A stretch of DNA of 64,000 nt, from positions 4,480,001 to 4,544,000 of the forward strand of contig CBDETY010000003.1 of NCBI GenBank assembly GCA_965243025.1, given 5' to 3'. The stretch comes from Candidatus Latescibacterota bacterium (GTDB lineage Bacteria; Latescibacterota; UBA2968; UBA8231). Within the stretch, counting starts at the first letter, position 1. Each line of letters starts with the position of its first letter. This document shows positions 18,950 to 28,802 of the stretch, piece by piece. The notes beneath the pieces were generated by a model. That model made no database searches. It was not told the DNA's origin and saw nothing but the letters and a program-made list of their open reading frames with translations. Made by a program: the position numbers and the translations under genes.

Positions 18950-19957
18950 TCAGGAATTCCTCTCGATCCAGGAAGGATCGAAGCGGGCAAGTCGCAGGCC
19001 GTACCGCCTGGCCTCGTACAGGCACAGAACCTGTCCCTCCGAAGCGACCGCCAGATCGGAATAGGCGGCGCCACCGGGCTCGAGCACCCTCGACGCGGGC
19101 CAGCTGCGCCCCTGGTCCCGGCTCAGCCGCAGGGTCAGCTCGGCGCGCGCGTCCGGCCTGCGGGGATGCGCCAGCAGCAGGCGGCCGTCCTCGAGGGCGA
19201 CAACGCTTCCCTGGCAGGATGGTTCGGGCAGGGCCGGATCGAAGGCTACCTCCGACCAGGTCTCCCCCCCGTCGGCGCTGCGCGACCAGCCCCTGCAGCG
19301 GCGATCGCCGCGGCTGCGCAGCGTCATGTACACCGAGCCGCCTGCCGTTTCCACCGCCTCGCATTCGTCCGAGGCGTCGTGGGTCAGCTTGGAGCCCGGC
19401 CTCCATGAGCGGCCGCCGTCGTCGCTCAGGAAGACGATCGACGACTGCACCTTGCCCCACCCCGGGGGCGGGTTGCGCCAGGTCGCCGGGCCTGGGCTCT
19501 CGTCGACCCAGGAGGGCACGAGCAGGCGGCCGCTCTGCAGTTGAATGCCGTGGCCCGGTCCGGTGCCGAGGTAGCTCCACGAGGGGGCCTTTACCTGCCC
19601 GGTGATCTCCACGGGGTCGGACCAGGTGACCCCGCCGTCGCCGCTGCGGGTGACGAAGACCTCCTGGTTGTCCTTGCAGAAGGGGAGCAGCACCTCGCCG
19701 CTGGCGCGGTCGACCACCGGACAGGGGTTGCCGCAGGTGCGGTCGCCGTCGGATACGACCAGCTGCCGGGAGCCCCAGGTGCGCCCGCCGTCGCTGCTGC
19801 GGCGCAGGAGAATGTCGATTTGGTCGTCGTCGCGCCCGGTATGGCGGCGCGCCTCGCAAAAAGCCAGCACCGTTCCGTCCGGCGCCACGGCCAGGGCGGG
19901 TATGCGGAAGGTGTGGTAGCCTTCCCGGCCTGAAATGAACAGGTCCTGCAGCTGCAT
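18950..19957 (-). CDS. Sialidase (GH33/BNR Asp-box), no signal peptide
   Basis: FRIP motif, Asp boxes [40 protein letters not shown]; AYSDL; LYE. Confidence 0.92.
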   Translation of the reverse strand: MQLQDLFISGREGYHTFRIPALAVAPDGTVLAFCEARRHTGRDDDQIDILLRRSSDGGRTWGSRQLVVSDGDRTCGNPCPVVDRASGEVLLPFCKDNQEVFVTRSGDGGVTWSDPVEITGQVKAPSWSYLGTGPGHGIQLQSGRLLVPSWVDESPGPATWRNPPPGWGKVQSSIVFLSDDGGRSWRPGSKLTHDASDECEAVETAGGSVYMTLRSRGDRRCRGWSRSADGGETWSEVAFDPALPEPSCQGSVVALEDGRLLLAHPRRPDARAELTLRLSRDQGRSWPASRVLEPGGAAYSDLAVASEGQVLCLYEARRYGLRLARFDPSWIERNS

Positions 19958-20053
19958 GGTTCGCTCCCGAGAAAAGAGGGGATCAGTCGGTCACGGGCTT
20001 TGTCGACGCGACCATCAGGAAAGCAGCACGGAAAGGCGGCTGGGGGCCGCCGG

Positions 20054-20950
20054 TCAACCCGAAAGGTTTCGGCTCCATCCCCTTTTCATCCGGACAAACG
20101 GGGACCATCCGAATCGCCGGTAGAATCTCCCCGCCCCGTTCTTCTCGTCATCCATCGCGACACAAAACGCACAGCGGGTCTTCCCTGCCAGGACGAGCCA
20201 CTGGACGGCATGCCGGACCACCCAGGCGCCGATCCCCTTGTTGCGCCAGCCTTCGCCGGTGCCCAACTCCGACAGCTCCGCCCAGCGGGAAATAGCCGGC
20301 AGTCTGCCTCCCTGATCGAGGTCCGTCATGCACTCACAGGCGCAGACAGCCGTGTCGTCCAGCCAGGCTGTGAAACGGACTCCGGACTCGCCGGCTGTGC
20401 GCATCATCCTCATGCCGCGGACCGGAGCTTCCCCGGGAGGCGAAACGGAACCCAGGTGCCCTCCGAACACGGCCTCGTCCCGATCTTCCAAGGGGGCGTA
20501 GCCTGCCCCGGAAATCAGTTCCGTCACGTGCGGCCATGAATCGGGGAGGCCGGCCACGACCGGGGCGGGAAGATTTCCGTTGAACCGGGATTCCCCGCAC
20601 TCCCAGGCAGCGAGCCGTTCCTCCGCCGCCGACAGCAGGGCTGCACCGGTAGCAGTCTCCTTCGGCCAGAAGACAAACCAGTCGATCTCGCCCGAACCAA
20701 TGGTCGGCGTGTCGTCGCCATACCTCAGAAGATGGGCCGCCCCGCACACACGGCCGTCCTTCAGGGCAACCAGAGATTTGCGCTCACGAACCCAGGGATC
20801 CGTGACGTATTCCCCCGGGTTTCTTTTCAGGCAGAAGGCGATGTACTCGAGAGGGAGAGCCCATCCCGGAACGACCGCCCCGAGGTGGCTGTTCACCAGG
20901 TACTGGACCTGCTCCAGGTGAGCCGGCTGCAACTCGAGAATCTTTACCAT
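20054..20950 (-). CDS. GNAT-fold N-acetyltransferase (tandem GNAT-like)
   Basis: WRNKGIGA motif A, AGRFYRRFGW motif B. Confidence 0.8.
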   Translation of the reverse strand: MVKILELQPAHLEQVQYLVNSHLGAVVPGWALPLEYIAFCLKRNPGEYVTDPWVRERKSLVALKDGRVCGAAHLLRYGDDTPTIGSGEIDWFVFWPKETATGAALLSAAEERLAAWECGESRFNGNLPAPVVAGLPDSWPHVTELISGAGYAPLEDRDEAVFGGHLGSVSPPGEAPVRGMRMMRTAGESGVRFTAWLDDTAVCACECMTDLDQGGRLPAISRWAELSELGTGEGWRNKGIGAWVVRHAVQWLVLAGKTRCAFCVAMDDEKNGAGRFYRRFGWSPFVRMKRGWSRNLSG

Positions 20951-20978
20951 GGACTGAAGTTTTCGTCTGACGCCGAAT

Positions 20979-22079
20979 CTAGAACAACTCCAACTGCTCG
21001 CCGCCGCGGCGGCGGAAGTGACGGGTGGTCAGCCGGTGGTCGCTGCCGTCGAGCCCGTGCTTGCGCCGGGCAATCTCGAACAGGTTCCTCGTCAGGTCGG
21101 CGAGCTCCCCCTCCCCGCTGAAGCGGGTACCGAAGCGGGAGTCGCTGATGCGGCCTCCCCGGATCTTCTCGATCCGGCGAGCCACCTTCTCGGCCTGGCC
21201 GGGAAGGTTCCGCTTCAGCCAGTCGAGGAAGAGAGGGGCTACCGCACCCGGCAGACGGACGATCTGGAACCCGGCCCAGCGGCCGCCGCGGGCAGCGACC
21301 TCTTTCAGGATTTCAGGCGCCTCGTGGTCGGTGAGCCCCGGAATCAGCGGGGCGACGTTGACCCCGGCCGGCACCCCTGCCGCGGCGAGCTGCTCGATGG
21401 CCCTCAGGCGCCGCTGCGGCCGCGAGGTGCGCGGCTCCATGATGTTGGTGAGCTCGGGCCGCAGGCTGGTTATCGACAGGGTGACGTGCACGAGGTCGAG
21501 CGCCGCCAGCTCGACGAGGAGGTCGAGGTCGCGGGTGACGAGGTGGTTCTTGGTGATGATCGTGACCGGGTTGCGGAACTCGAGGAAAGTCTCCAGGCAG
21601 CGCCGCGTGATCCCGAGCCTGCGCTCGACCGGCTGGTAGCAGTCGGTGTTGCCCGACAGGGCCACGGTCTGGGGCTGCCAGGAGTTGCGGCGGAACCCGG
21701 CGGCCAGCAGCTCGGGGAGGTTCTGCTTAACCAGGATCTTCGTCTCGAAGTCGAGGCCGGCGGAAAACCCGAGGTACTCGTGGCTCGGGCGCGCGTAGCA
21801 GTAGATGCAGCCGTGCTCGCAGCCGCGGTAGGGGTTGATGCTGAAGCGGAAGCCGAGGTCCGGACTGTCGTTGGCGGCGAGGGCGGAGCGGCTGTTGTCG
21901 ACAAAGTACCGGGTGCGCGCCGCTGGGCGTTCCCCCTCCTCGCTGTCCGGCTCGACCGGGTCGAGCTCGACATGCAGAGGCTCGAAGCGGTTGGCGGTGT
22001 TGAGGACGGTTGCCCGGCCCCGGTGCTCCGGGGCGCCGCGGCTGTCGAAGGGCAGGTTGTGGCCGGCGACTTCGGTCAT
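20979..22079 (-). CDS. Radical SAM protein, PA0069/Rv2578c (SplB-like) family
   Basis: SINPYRGCEHGCIYCYAR (CxxxCxxC), NTDCYQP, EPRTS, C-terminal QLELF. Confidence 0.92.
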   Translation of the reverse strand: MTEVAGHNLPFDSRGAPEHRGRATVLNTANRFEPLHVELDPVEPDSEEGERPAARTRYFVDNSRSALAANDSPDLGFRFSINPYRGCEHGCIYCYARPSHEYLGFSAGLDFETKILVKQNLPELLAAGFRRNSWQPQTVALSGNTDCYQPVERRLGITRRCLETFLEFRNPVTIITKNHLVTRDLDLLVELAALDLVHVTLSITSLRPELTNIMEPRTSRPQRRLRAIEQLAAAGVPAGVNVAPLIPGLTDHEAPEILKEVAARGGRWAGFQIVRLPGAVAPLFLDWLKRNLPGQAEKVARRIEKIRGGRISDSRFGTRFSGEGELADLTRNLFEIARRKHGLDGSDHRLTTRHFRRRGGEQLELF

Positions 22080-22097
22080 CGGGAAGCCATCCCGGCG

Positions 22098-22946
22098 TCA
22101 GGGCGCCGCCAGCTCTTCGGGGAATCCGTAGGGCAGCTCGTTGCGGTTGCCGGGAAGCGGCCAGCTCTGGCCCCCGAGGTTGCGGTAGGACTCGTGGCGG
22201 CCGCACAGCCAGAGGAACATCTCGGCGGTCTTGCAGTCGCCGCGGAACTGCTCGACGAAATCGCTCGACGGGCCGCCGTATCCCGCCCGGGAAAGGTCGA
22301 AGCCCGGCTCCCGGATCCAGTCGTGCGCCGGTGGGGCAGTACGCCAGTAGAAGTACTTCAGCATGTTGCGCAGCCGCTTCTCCGTCGAGCGGCCGCGGCG
22401 GTGCCAGATCTGGTACGCGGTCAGGAAGATCGAGCCCTCCGGGGCCGCGGTGGAGACGGCGCCGCGGATGGCGTTGAGGTGGCCCATGAAACGGGCCTTG
22501 TTGTGGATGAGGTGGGAACCCGGAAGAACCTCGGTCGGCCCCGCTTCGGCCGGGGTGTCCTGGGGGTAGTAGAAGACCTGGAGGTAGTCGAGCTTCGGGC
22601 CCCAGAAGGAGTTGCCGTCGACGTGCCAGCCGCTGGTCGCCGGAAACGGGCCGGTCACCCGGTGGTTGCTCATCAGCACCGGGAGGTGGAAGTCGGCCCC
22701 CAGAAGGGAACGCACCGCCCCGGCCGCCTCCCGGTTGCAGATCACCCCGTCGAGGAACCAGTCCTCTCCGAGAATGCCGGTGGGCTCGTACCAGGTATCG
22801 GCTTCGAGGAACTCCCTGGCCTTCCGGTTTACCTCGCCCGGCACCACCCCTTCGAGGAGCAGGTATCCGTTCTTGCAGAACTCGAGGACCTGCGAGTCGT
22901 TCAGGGTCGGCTCGCAGTCGTGGGTCTTTCCGCCGGTCTCCGCCAT
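22098..22946 (-). CDS. PhyH-family Fe(II)/2-oxoglutarate dioxygenase
   Basis: FCKNGYL, WHVDG, GPTEVLPGSH, IWHRR; start MAETGG overlaps the upstream stop (TGATG). Confidence 0.88.
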   Translation of the reverse strand: MAETGGKTHDCEPTLNDSQVLEFCKNGYLLLEGVVPGEVNRKAREFLEADTWYEPTGILGEDWFLDGVICNREAAGAVRSLLGADFHLPVLMSNHRVTGPFPATSGWHVDGNSFWGPKLDYLQVFYYPQDTPAEAGPTEVLPGSHLIHNKARFMGHLNAIRGAVSTAAPEGSIFLTAYQIWHRRGRSTEKRLRNMLKYFYWRTAPPAHDWIREPGFDLSRAGYGGPSSDFVEQFRGDCKTAEMFLWLCGRHESYRNLGGQSWPLPGNRNELPYGFPEELAAP

Positions 22947-23317
22947 CACTGACTCCCCCGTTCGAGGACGAAGAGAAACCCGAGGCCGTGGAACTCGTCG
23001 GCGCTCAGGGTGAGCAGGGACATGTCGGGGAAGGAGACCACCCGCCAGCCTTTGCCGATGGCGTCGAGCACCGACTCGTACGGCCACTCCTCCGGGTCGG
23101 AGCTCAGCTCCTGCTCGCGGCCCCCTTCGAAAAGAGAGATCCCCTGCACGGCCGAACCGGGGGAAGTCGAGCGGCAGTGCAGGTAGAGGAGGTCCTGGCC
23201 GGTTCCGTCCGCCGAGGCGACCGCGGCGATACCGGCCCGCAGGCCCTCTTCGGTCAGGGCTCCGTTCTTCAGGTCGGCTACGAGGGTTTCGGTCAGTTCC
23301 GCCTGTTTGCCGTTCAT
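22946..23317 (-). CDS. Hypothetical protein translationally coupled to the PhyH dioxygenase
   Basis: About 123 aa ORF with host-like codon usage; PYESVLDAIGKGWRVVSFP; stop overlaps the PhyH start. Confidence 0.7.
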   Translation of the reverse strand: MNGKQAELTETLVADLKNGALTEEGLRAGIAAVASADGTGQDLLYLHCRSTSPGSAVQGISLFEGGREQELSSDPEEWPYESVLDAIGKGWRVVSFPDMSLLTLSADEFHGLGFLFVLERGSQ

Positions 23318-23435
23318 CTTCCGCCGTTCCCGGTTTTCCGTCCCGCACATACCCCCGGAATCCAATTCCCCCCCTTCGATTCCTGAATTAATTGACGGGA
23401 CGGCACACGGGAAACCGGGAGAGGAACTTTTCGTT

Positions 23436-24596
23436 TCAGTTGACCATCTGCATCAGCCGCTGGGTCATCGACCCTTCCTGCGTGAGGGCGTAGATGATGA
23501 CGTTGCAGACCAGCTGCTGGCCGCGAGTCATGGGCGTGCCCCACCAGCCGAAGGTGATTCCTGCGAGACGCCCCTTGACGTAGTACCCCGTGTTCTGCTG
23601 CCAGGAGCTGATCGATTGCTTGCCGCTGCCCAGCGTGGTAATGGGGGACGGCGCCCCTCCGTTCAGGTCGAAGAAGACGCTGTACACCGGGTGGTCGTCG
23701 GACAGCCGCTCGGTCCAGTAATCGCGGCCGGCAACGAGCCCTCCGTACTTCTCCAGTCCTTCGAAATTGATGCTGCCGAACACGAAGCCGCCGGCCAGCA
23801 GGTAGCGGGCCATCATCTCCAGCTCGCTCTCGTTGGTCGCACCCCCGACACCGAAGAGGACGGGTATTTCCATCAGCCGGTCGTCGTCCAACGTGATGTA
23901 GCCCTCGTACTCCGCCTTGATGCCCGTGAACTCGTTGAGCGCGTCCCTCACGTTGTCGATGAAGTAGGAGTTGATGCCCCCGGAGCCGAACTCGACCCCG
24001 CGCGCCGACAGCACGTGGGCGAAACGCACGAATCCCGTGATGTTCTGCCTTTCAACCGGATCCTGGACGACCATTGCGCGATAGCGGCCCGTATCCATGC
24101 TGTTGATGTCCATCATCTCCAGCGCCATGTCGATCTTGTTTTCCGGCGTGCGGCTGCTGGTCAGCAGGTGGGCGTCGATCTGCGGCGGCTCGAAGTCCGC
24201 GGTCGAGAAAGCGCCCGCCCTCCCCCTGGCGAGGTCGACCCCGGGGCTGGCGACGTTGGCGATCACGGCGCCGGTGTTGAACGTCGCCGTCGCCTGCACC
24301 TGGTCCATGCGGGCAACCGTCAGCCTGACTTCGCGCTTGACCATCCTGCGTTTGGGCTGAGGGATCTTGCGCAGCTCCAGCGGCTTGGTCAGCCGGGGCT
24401 CCCGCTTGATGAACTTGGTCGTGATCGGCTTTGGCGCTTTCGCAGCCTGATCCTTGAAGGGATCGGTCGCAACCAGGGCCAGGTGCAGCAGGGCTGCGAG
24501 GCTTAAACTTGCCCAGAAGGTCCGACGCAGCTTCCCGAGCAGTTCGTCGGGCGCGAAGCCCGACGTCGGCGAGGTGAAACGAGAGGAAACACCCAT
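23436..24596 (-). CDS. DUF4159-like domain protein with N-terminal membrane anchor
   Basis: SLAALLH TM segment, basic Pro-rich linker, RYLLAGGF, DHPVYSVFFD, GRLAG, NVIIYALTQEG; GGAGG RBS. Confidence 0.7.
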   Translation of the reverse strand: MGVSSRFTSPTSGFAPDELLGKLRRTFWASLSLAALLHLALVATDPFKDQAAKAPKPITTKFIKREPRLTKPLELRKIPQPKRRMVKREVRLTVARMDQVQATATFNTGAVIANVASPGVDLARGRAGAFSTADFEPPQIDAHLLTSSRTPENKIDMALEMMDINSMDTGRYRAMVVQDPVERQNITGFVRFAHVLSARGVEFGSGGINSYFIDNVRDALNEFTGIKAEYEGYITLDDDRLMEIPVLFGVGGATNESELEMMARYLLAGGFVFGSINFEGLEKYGGLVAGRDYWTERLSDDHPVYSVFFDLNGGAPSPITTLGSGKQSISSWQQNTGYYVKGRLAGITFGWWGTPMTRGQQLVCNVIIYALTQEGSMTQRLMQMVN

Positions 24597-24995
24597 GGTG
24601 ACCGACCTCCCGAGGCGGCGACTGTGACAGTTTTCCCCGCAGTTGATCCACCCGGCGCCGACCTCGCCTCAATATAGGAATACGGCAGCGCCCCAACTAC
24701 AAGGCCGCGCAGGTGTGCATCCCCGCCTTCGAGCCGTTACATCCGCTCAGGAGTTGCCCCTATTTTTGGCCATGGCCTGGCCGCCGAACGCCGTCACCTG
24801 TTCACTGCCGGAGATCACGGGTTGCCCGGTCCCGGGGCAGCCCCCGCGTCCGCTCCTTCTTCCGCCTGCCCGTTTTTCGACGGGGGACGGCCTTTCCCGC
24901 CGCGGCATGCGGGAGGTTGAAAGCAGTCCCCGTTCTTTCCGCCCGTTCACAGCGTCCCTCCGACGTTCGCGCTCGCGGCCTTCACGGCTCCCGCA

Positions 24996-26930
24996 GTGAC
25001 CGGCCGGGAGGCGCGTCCGGGCGCAGGATCCGGACTGACTGTGCGCTCGCTGCTGCTCGGCATCGCCATGGTCCTGATCGTCGTCGTCGGGTCCCCCTTC
25101 TCCCTTTTCGTAGCCGGCTCCTCCGAACCGACGTGGTCCTACTTTCCCTGGTGCGTCGGCTTTCCCTTCGTGGTCCTCGCCTTCGCCAACGCCCTGTGCC
25201 GGAGGCTGGGCCGGGCCGGAGCCCTCGAGCCGGCCGAGCTGCTGACCGTCGTGACGATGGGGCTCGTCGTCAGCGGCATCCCCTGCTTCATGCTGGGCTG
25301 GGGGCTGGCGATCATCACCTCTCCCTACTACCACGCGACTCCGGAAAACCGGTGGGCCGACGACGTTCACCCCTTCCTGCCGGAGTGGACGCTGCCGCAG
25401 GACGAGGGGAATGCCATCGTCTGGTTTTTCGAGGGCCTGCCCCGCGGCCAGTCGATTCCCTGGGACGTCTGGCTCAGTCCGATGGCCTGGTGGCTGAGCG
25501 TCATCCTCGCCCTCTACTTCGTCTCTTTCTGCCTCGTGGTGATCTTCCGGCGGCAGTGGGTCGACCACGAGCGGCTCGTCTTTCCGATGACCGAGCTGCC
25601 GCGCCGGCTGGTGGAGACGCCCGGCGCCGGGTCGCTCCTGCAGGAGAAGGGCTTCTGGGTCGGCTGCGGCGTGGTCCTGGCGGTCATGTCGTTCAACATG
25701 ATCCGCTATTTCGAGCCCGGCTTTCCCGAGATCTCCTTCCACCGCCCGGTGCGGGTCCATATCGGTCCCGACTTCCCGGCCATCACCCTGATGCTGCACC
25801 TGCCGGTGCTGGGGTTCATGTTCTTCGCCAGCACCGGCATCTCGTTCAGCATCTGGTTCTTCTACCTGGCCGCCACCCTGCAGGAAGGGATCATCAATCG
25901 CATCGGCGTCGACCTCACCACACCCGAGCCGTTCCAGTGGGGGCTGCAGACCCTTACGTGGCAGGCCTGGGGGTCGTTCACCGCGATGGTGATGTGGTCG
26001 GTGTGGATGAGCCGCCGCCACCTGGCCGCGGTGGCGCGCCACCTGGTCCGGCGCGGTCCGCAAATGGAGGACGGCGACGAGATGATGTCGTACCGCGCCG
26101 CCGCCTGCGGACTGGTGCTGGGGCTGGCCTACATGGTCTGGTGGCTGTGCCGCGCCGGCATGGACCTGCAGGTGGCGCTGCTGGTGGTGCTCACCGTGGT
26201 CGTCGCCTACATGGGCATCACCCGCCTGGTGATTCAGTCGGGGCTCTACTACCTGACGATGCCGATCACCGGCCAGGCCTTCGCCACCGCCGTCACCGGA
26301 ACGGCGCTGGCCCCGTCCAACATCGGCGCGATCTCCGTGTCGTATTCCTGGTTCGGCGACGTGCAGTCGCTGTTCATACCCTCCGCCGCCCACGGTGCCC
26401 GGCTCAACCAGGCCTGCAGCGACAAACGCCGTCTCGGCATAGCCATGGCGGCCGCGGTGCTGGTCGGTTTCCCCTCGTGCCTGTTCTACCTGATCCACAT
26501 CGGCTACGAGTACGGGGCGGGCAACCTCACCAGCGGCCTGTGGAACGCCGCCGGGTATGTCGCCTTCAGGAACATGGGGTTTCACCTCGACAACCCGGCG
26601 GGCACGGACTGGTGGCGGCTCACCCTGTTCTCGATCGGGGCGGCGGTGTACTCGGCCATCTCCTTCTGCCAGTACCGGTTTGCCTGGTGGCCGCTGCATC
26701 CGGTCGGGCTGGCCGTGGCGACCTTGTGGATGATCCGTTACACGGTGACGTCGGTGTTCCTGGCCTGGGCGATCAAGAGCGCCGTCATGCACTTCGGCGG
26801 CGTCGGCCTGTACCGGCGGCTCCGGCCCTTCTTCCTCGGCCTGATCTGCGGGTATTTCCTCGGCGCCGGGATCTCTTTCGTCGTCGACTGGATCTTCTTC
26901 TTCGGCAAAGGACACGCGGTCTACAACTGA
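24996..26930 (+). CDS. Large polytopic membrane protein, DUF6785/DUF6784-like (putative transporter)
   Basis: Many TM helices; RRQWVDHERLVFP, WWPLHPVG, YRRLRPFFLGLI. Confidence 0.75.
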   Translation: MTGREARPGAGSGLTVRSLLLGIAMVLIVVVGSPFSLFVAGSSEPTWSYFPWCVGFPFVVLAFANALCRRLGRAGALEPAELLTVVTMGLVVSGIPCFMLGWGLAIITSPYYHATPENRWADDVHPFLPEWTLPQDEGNAIVWFFEGLPRGQSIPWDVWLSPMAWWLSVILALYFVSFCLVVIFRRQWVDHERLVFPMTELPRRLVETPGAGSLLQEKGFWVGCGVVLAVMSFNMIRYFEPGFPEISFHRPVRVHIGPDFPAITLMLHLPVLGFMFFASTGISFSIWFFYLAATLQEGIINRIGVDLTTPEPFQWGLQTLTWQAWGSFTAMVMWSVWMSRRHLAAVARHLVRRGPQMEDGDEMMSYRAAACGLVLGLAYMVWWLCRAGMDLQVALLVVLTVVVAYMGITRLVIQSGLYYLTMPITGQAFATAVTGTALAPSNIGAISVSYSWFGDVQSLFIPSAAHGARLNQACSDKRRLGIAMAAAVLVGFPSCLFYLIHIGYEYGAGNLTSGLWNAAGYVAFRNMGFHLDNPAGTDWWRLTLFSIGAAVYSAISFCQYRFAWWPLHPVGLAVATLWMIRYTVTSVFLAWAIKSAVMHFGGVGLYRRLRPFFLGLICGYFLGAGISFVVDWIFFFGKGHAVYN

Positions 26931-27061
26931 CCCCGTCCGCCGGGCGATCCTTGCGTACCGGGGCTCAAGTCCCGGGGGGGAGGCAGGCCGCGTCAACCTG
27001 TTGCCGGCACGGATCGGCCCCGGTTATCTTGAGGCAACCTCAAGCCCGGGAAAAGCAATCG

Positions 27062-28018
27062 ATGCAAGGTCTCGCGAAAGCACAGGTCGAGCAGTACCTC
27101 GAGGAAGGGTATCTCATGGTGCCCGACGTGTTCGCCCCGAAGGACATCCAGCCCCTGCGCGACGAGCTCACCGAGGTCGTCCACGACAAGGCCCTCGAGC
27201 TGAAGGCCGAAGGCAAGCTGAGCCGGCTGTACGAGGAAGAGCCGTTCGAGCGCCGCCTCACCCGGGTGTTCCGGGAGGCGCCGGAAATCGTCGGGGCGAT
27301 CATGGGCAAGGGGGGCGGCGGCCACAGCGGTCCGGCGTTCTTCGATTTCGTGCGCAATCCGAAGATCCTGGCGAAGATCGAATCGCTGGTCGGCGAGGAG
27401 ATCGTCGGCTCCTCCGTCTACCGCATCCGCCCCAAGGTACCGGAGTGGAAGCGGGGGGCCGTCCCCTGGCACCAGGACTCGGGCTACTTCAGCCCCCACT
27501 GCGACGGCGAGCTGATCGTCACCTGCTGGATTCCGCTCGTCGACGCCACTCCCGAGAACGGCTGCCTGCGGGTGCTGCCCCGCTGCCACCGCCGCGGCGT
27601 GTCCCGGCACCACACCAACGGTCCGGGAGGCTACCTCGTCATCACCGACCCCGACCTGCCGCCAGCCGAACCGGTGACCGTGCCGGTGCCGGCGGGAGGC
27701 GTCCTGTTCCTCACCAACCTGACCCCCCACTCCTCGACGCAGCACAGCGTCGACATCGTGCGCTGGGCCGTCGACGTCCGCTACCAGTCGGCGAGGGTGC
27801 CCAACAACGTCGGCGAGCTGCCCGAGGATTTCGACCCCGGCCGCCCTGACGAGCAGATCGCCTGCTACCCGCCCGAAGCGGACTTCATTCTCCAGAGCCG
27901 GGCAGATCCCGGGTCGGTGGTGAGCGACTGGCGGGAGTTCAGCGAGATCCGGCAGCGCTACGAAACCCACAGGCCCCGCGGTCCCAGGCGGGGGTGGAAG
28001 CCGGCGGAGCCCGGTTAG
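27062..28018 (+). CDS. PhyH-family Fe(II)/2-oxoglutarate dioxygenase
   Basis: YLEEGYL, PWHQDSGY, WIPLVDATPENGCL, TPHSS, RWAVDVRY. Confidence 0.92.
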   Translation: MQGLAKAQVEQYLEEGYLMVPDVFAPKDIQPLRDELTEVVHDKALELKAEGKLSRLYEEEPFERRLTRVFREAPEIVGAIMGKGGGGHSGPAFFDFVRNPKILAKIESLVGEEIVGSSVYRIRPKVPEWKRGAVPWHQDSGYFSPHCDGELIVTCWIPLVDATPENGCLRVLPRCHRRGVSRHHTNGPGGYLVITDPDLPPAEPVTVPVPAGGVLFLTNLTPHSSTQHSVDIVRWAVDVRYQSARVPNNVGELPEDFDPGRPDEQIACYPPEADFILQSRADPGSVVSDWREFSEIRQRYETHRPRGPRRGWKPAEPG

Positions 28019-28178
28019 CAGCCCGTTGATCAAGTTGCTCTGCAGGGGAGGCCCAGCCATGGGGCCGAAGGCAAGGCGCGCGAGCGGGTCGAATCGCAGG
28101 GGATTCGGGGAGGGGGAGCAACGCCGGCTGCAGCCACCAGGGCCGGCCGCAGCCCGGATGGACTTTTTCAACCGGCTC
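28019..28178. mobile_element. MITE-like element, copy 1
   Basis: Imperfect terminal inverted repeats AGCCCGTTGA / TCAACCGGCT, flanked by TTAG and TCAG; homologous to 61123-61260. Confidence 0.6.
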
Positions 28179-28340
28179 TCAGGCCCCCGGCAGATGGAAG
28201 CAGATCATGTCGCGTCTGCTGCCGAAGCCGCCTCAGCGAATGCCGGCGAAGCTGACGCCTGGTACCCGGCTGCCCCCGCCCTGATTCGCAGCCGGAGGCG
28301 GCATGACGACACGGACCTGCCAAACCAGAACGGAAACCAG

Positions 28341-28802
28341 ATGAAATCCGGAACAAAGCGAGCAGTTTGCCTCCTGCCCCTCGGACTCGCCGCGGTGCTG
28401 CTGTCCTCGGGGTGCTCCGGGGAGGATTCCCCGGCAGGCCCTGCCGGCCCCGCCGGCGGCGAGGACGGCGACGGCGGTCAGCCGGTGACCCTGGCCCGCC
28501 TCAGCGAGGAGATCTTCACCCCTCGATGCGCCACCTCCGGCTGCCACGCGGGAAACAACCCGGCGGCCAACCTGCCGCTCGGGGCCCAGGACATCGCCGC
28601 AGCCATCGTCGACGTGCCCAGCGCCGCCAAGCCGGACTACAAGCTCGTCGCGCCGGGCGACCCGATGAACTCCTACCTGTTGATGAAGATGCGCGGAGAC
28701 GAGGGGATAGCCGGCGACCGCATGCCCCCGGCGAGGGCCCTCGAAGCGGAGCAGATCGCCCTGGTCGAAGCCTGGGTCGAAGCCGGAGCCCCGGTCGAGT
28801 AG
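28341..28802 (+). CDS. Lipoprotein with a single cytochrome c-like domain (CX4CH)
   Basis: Lipobox SSGC; IFTPRCATSGCH; VAPGDPMNSYL; RMPP; AWVEAGA. Confidence 0.78.
   Translation: MKSGTKRAVCLLPLGLAAVLLSSGCSGEDSPAGPAGPAGGEDGDGGQPVTLARLSEEIFTPRCATSGCHAGNNPAANLPLGAQDIAAAIVDVPSAAKPDYKLVAPGDPMNSYLLMKMRGDEGIAGDRMPPARALEAEQIALVEAWVEAGAPVE

Noticed and set aside
15766-18950. Prophage or integrative element explanation for the low-GC islet
   Set aside because: No integrase, transposase, tRNA target or flanking direct repeats seen
24713-28018. Apparent 1101-aa fusion ending in a PhyH domain
   Set aside because: The N-terminal part is an off-frame overlay of the membrane protein gene; the real start is at 27062
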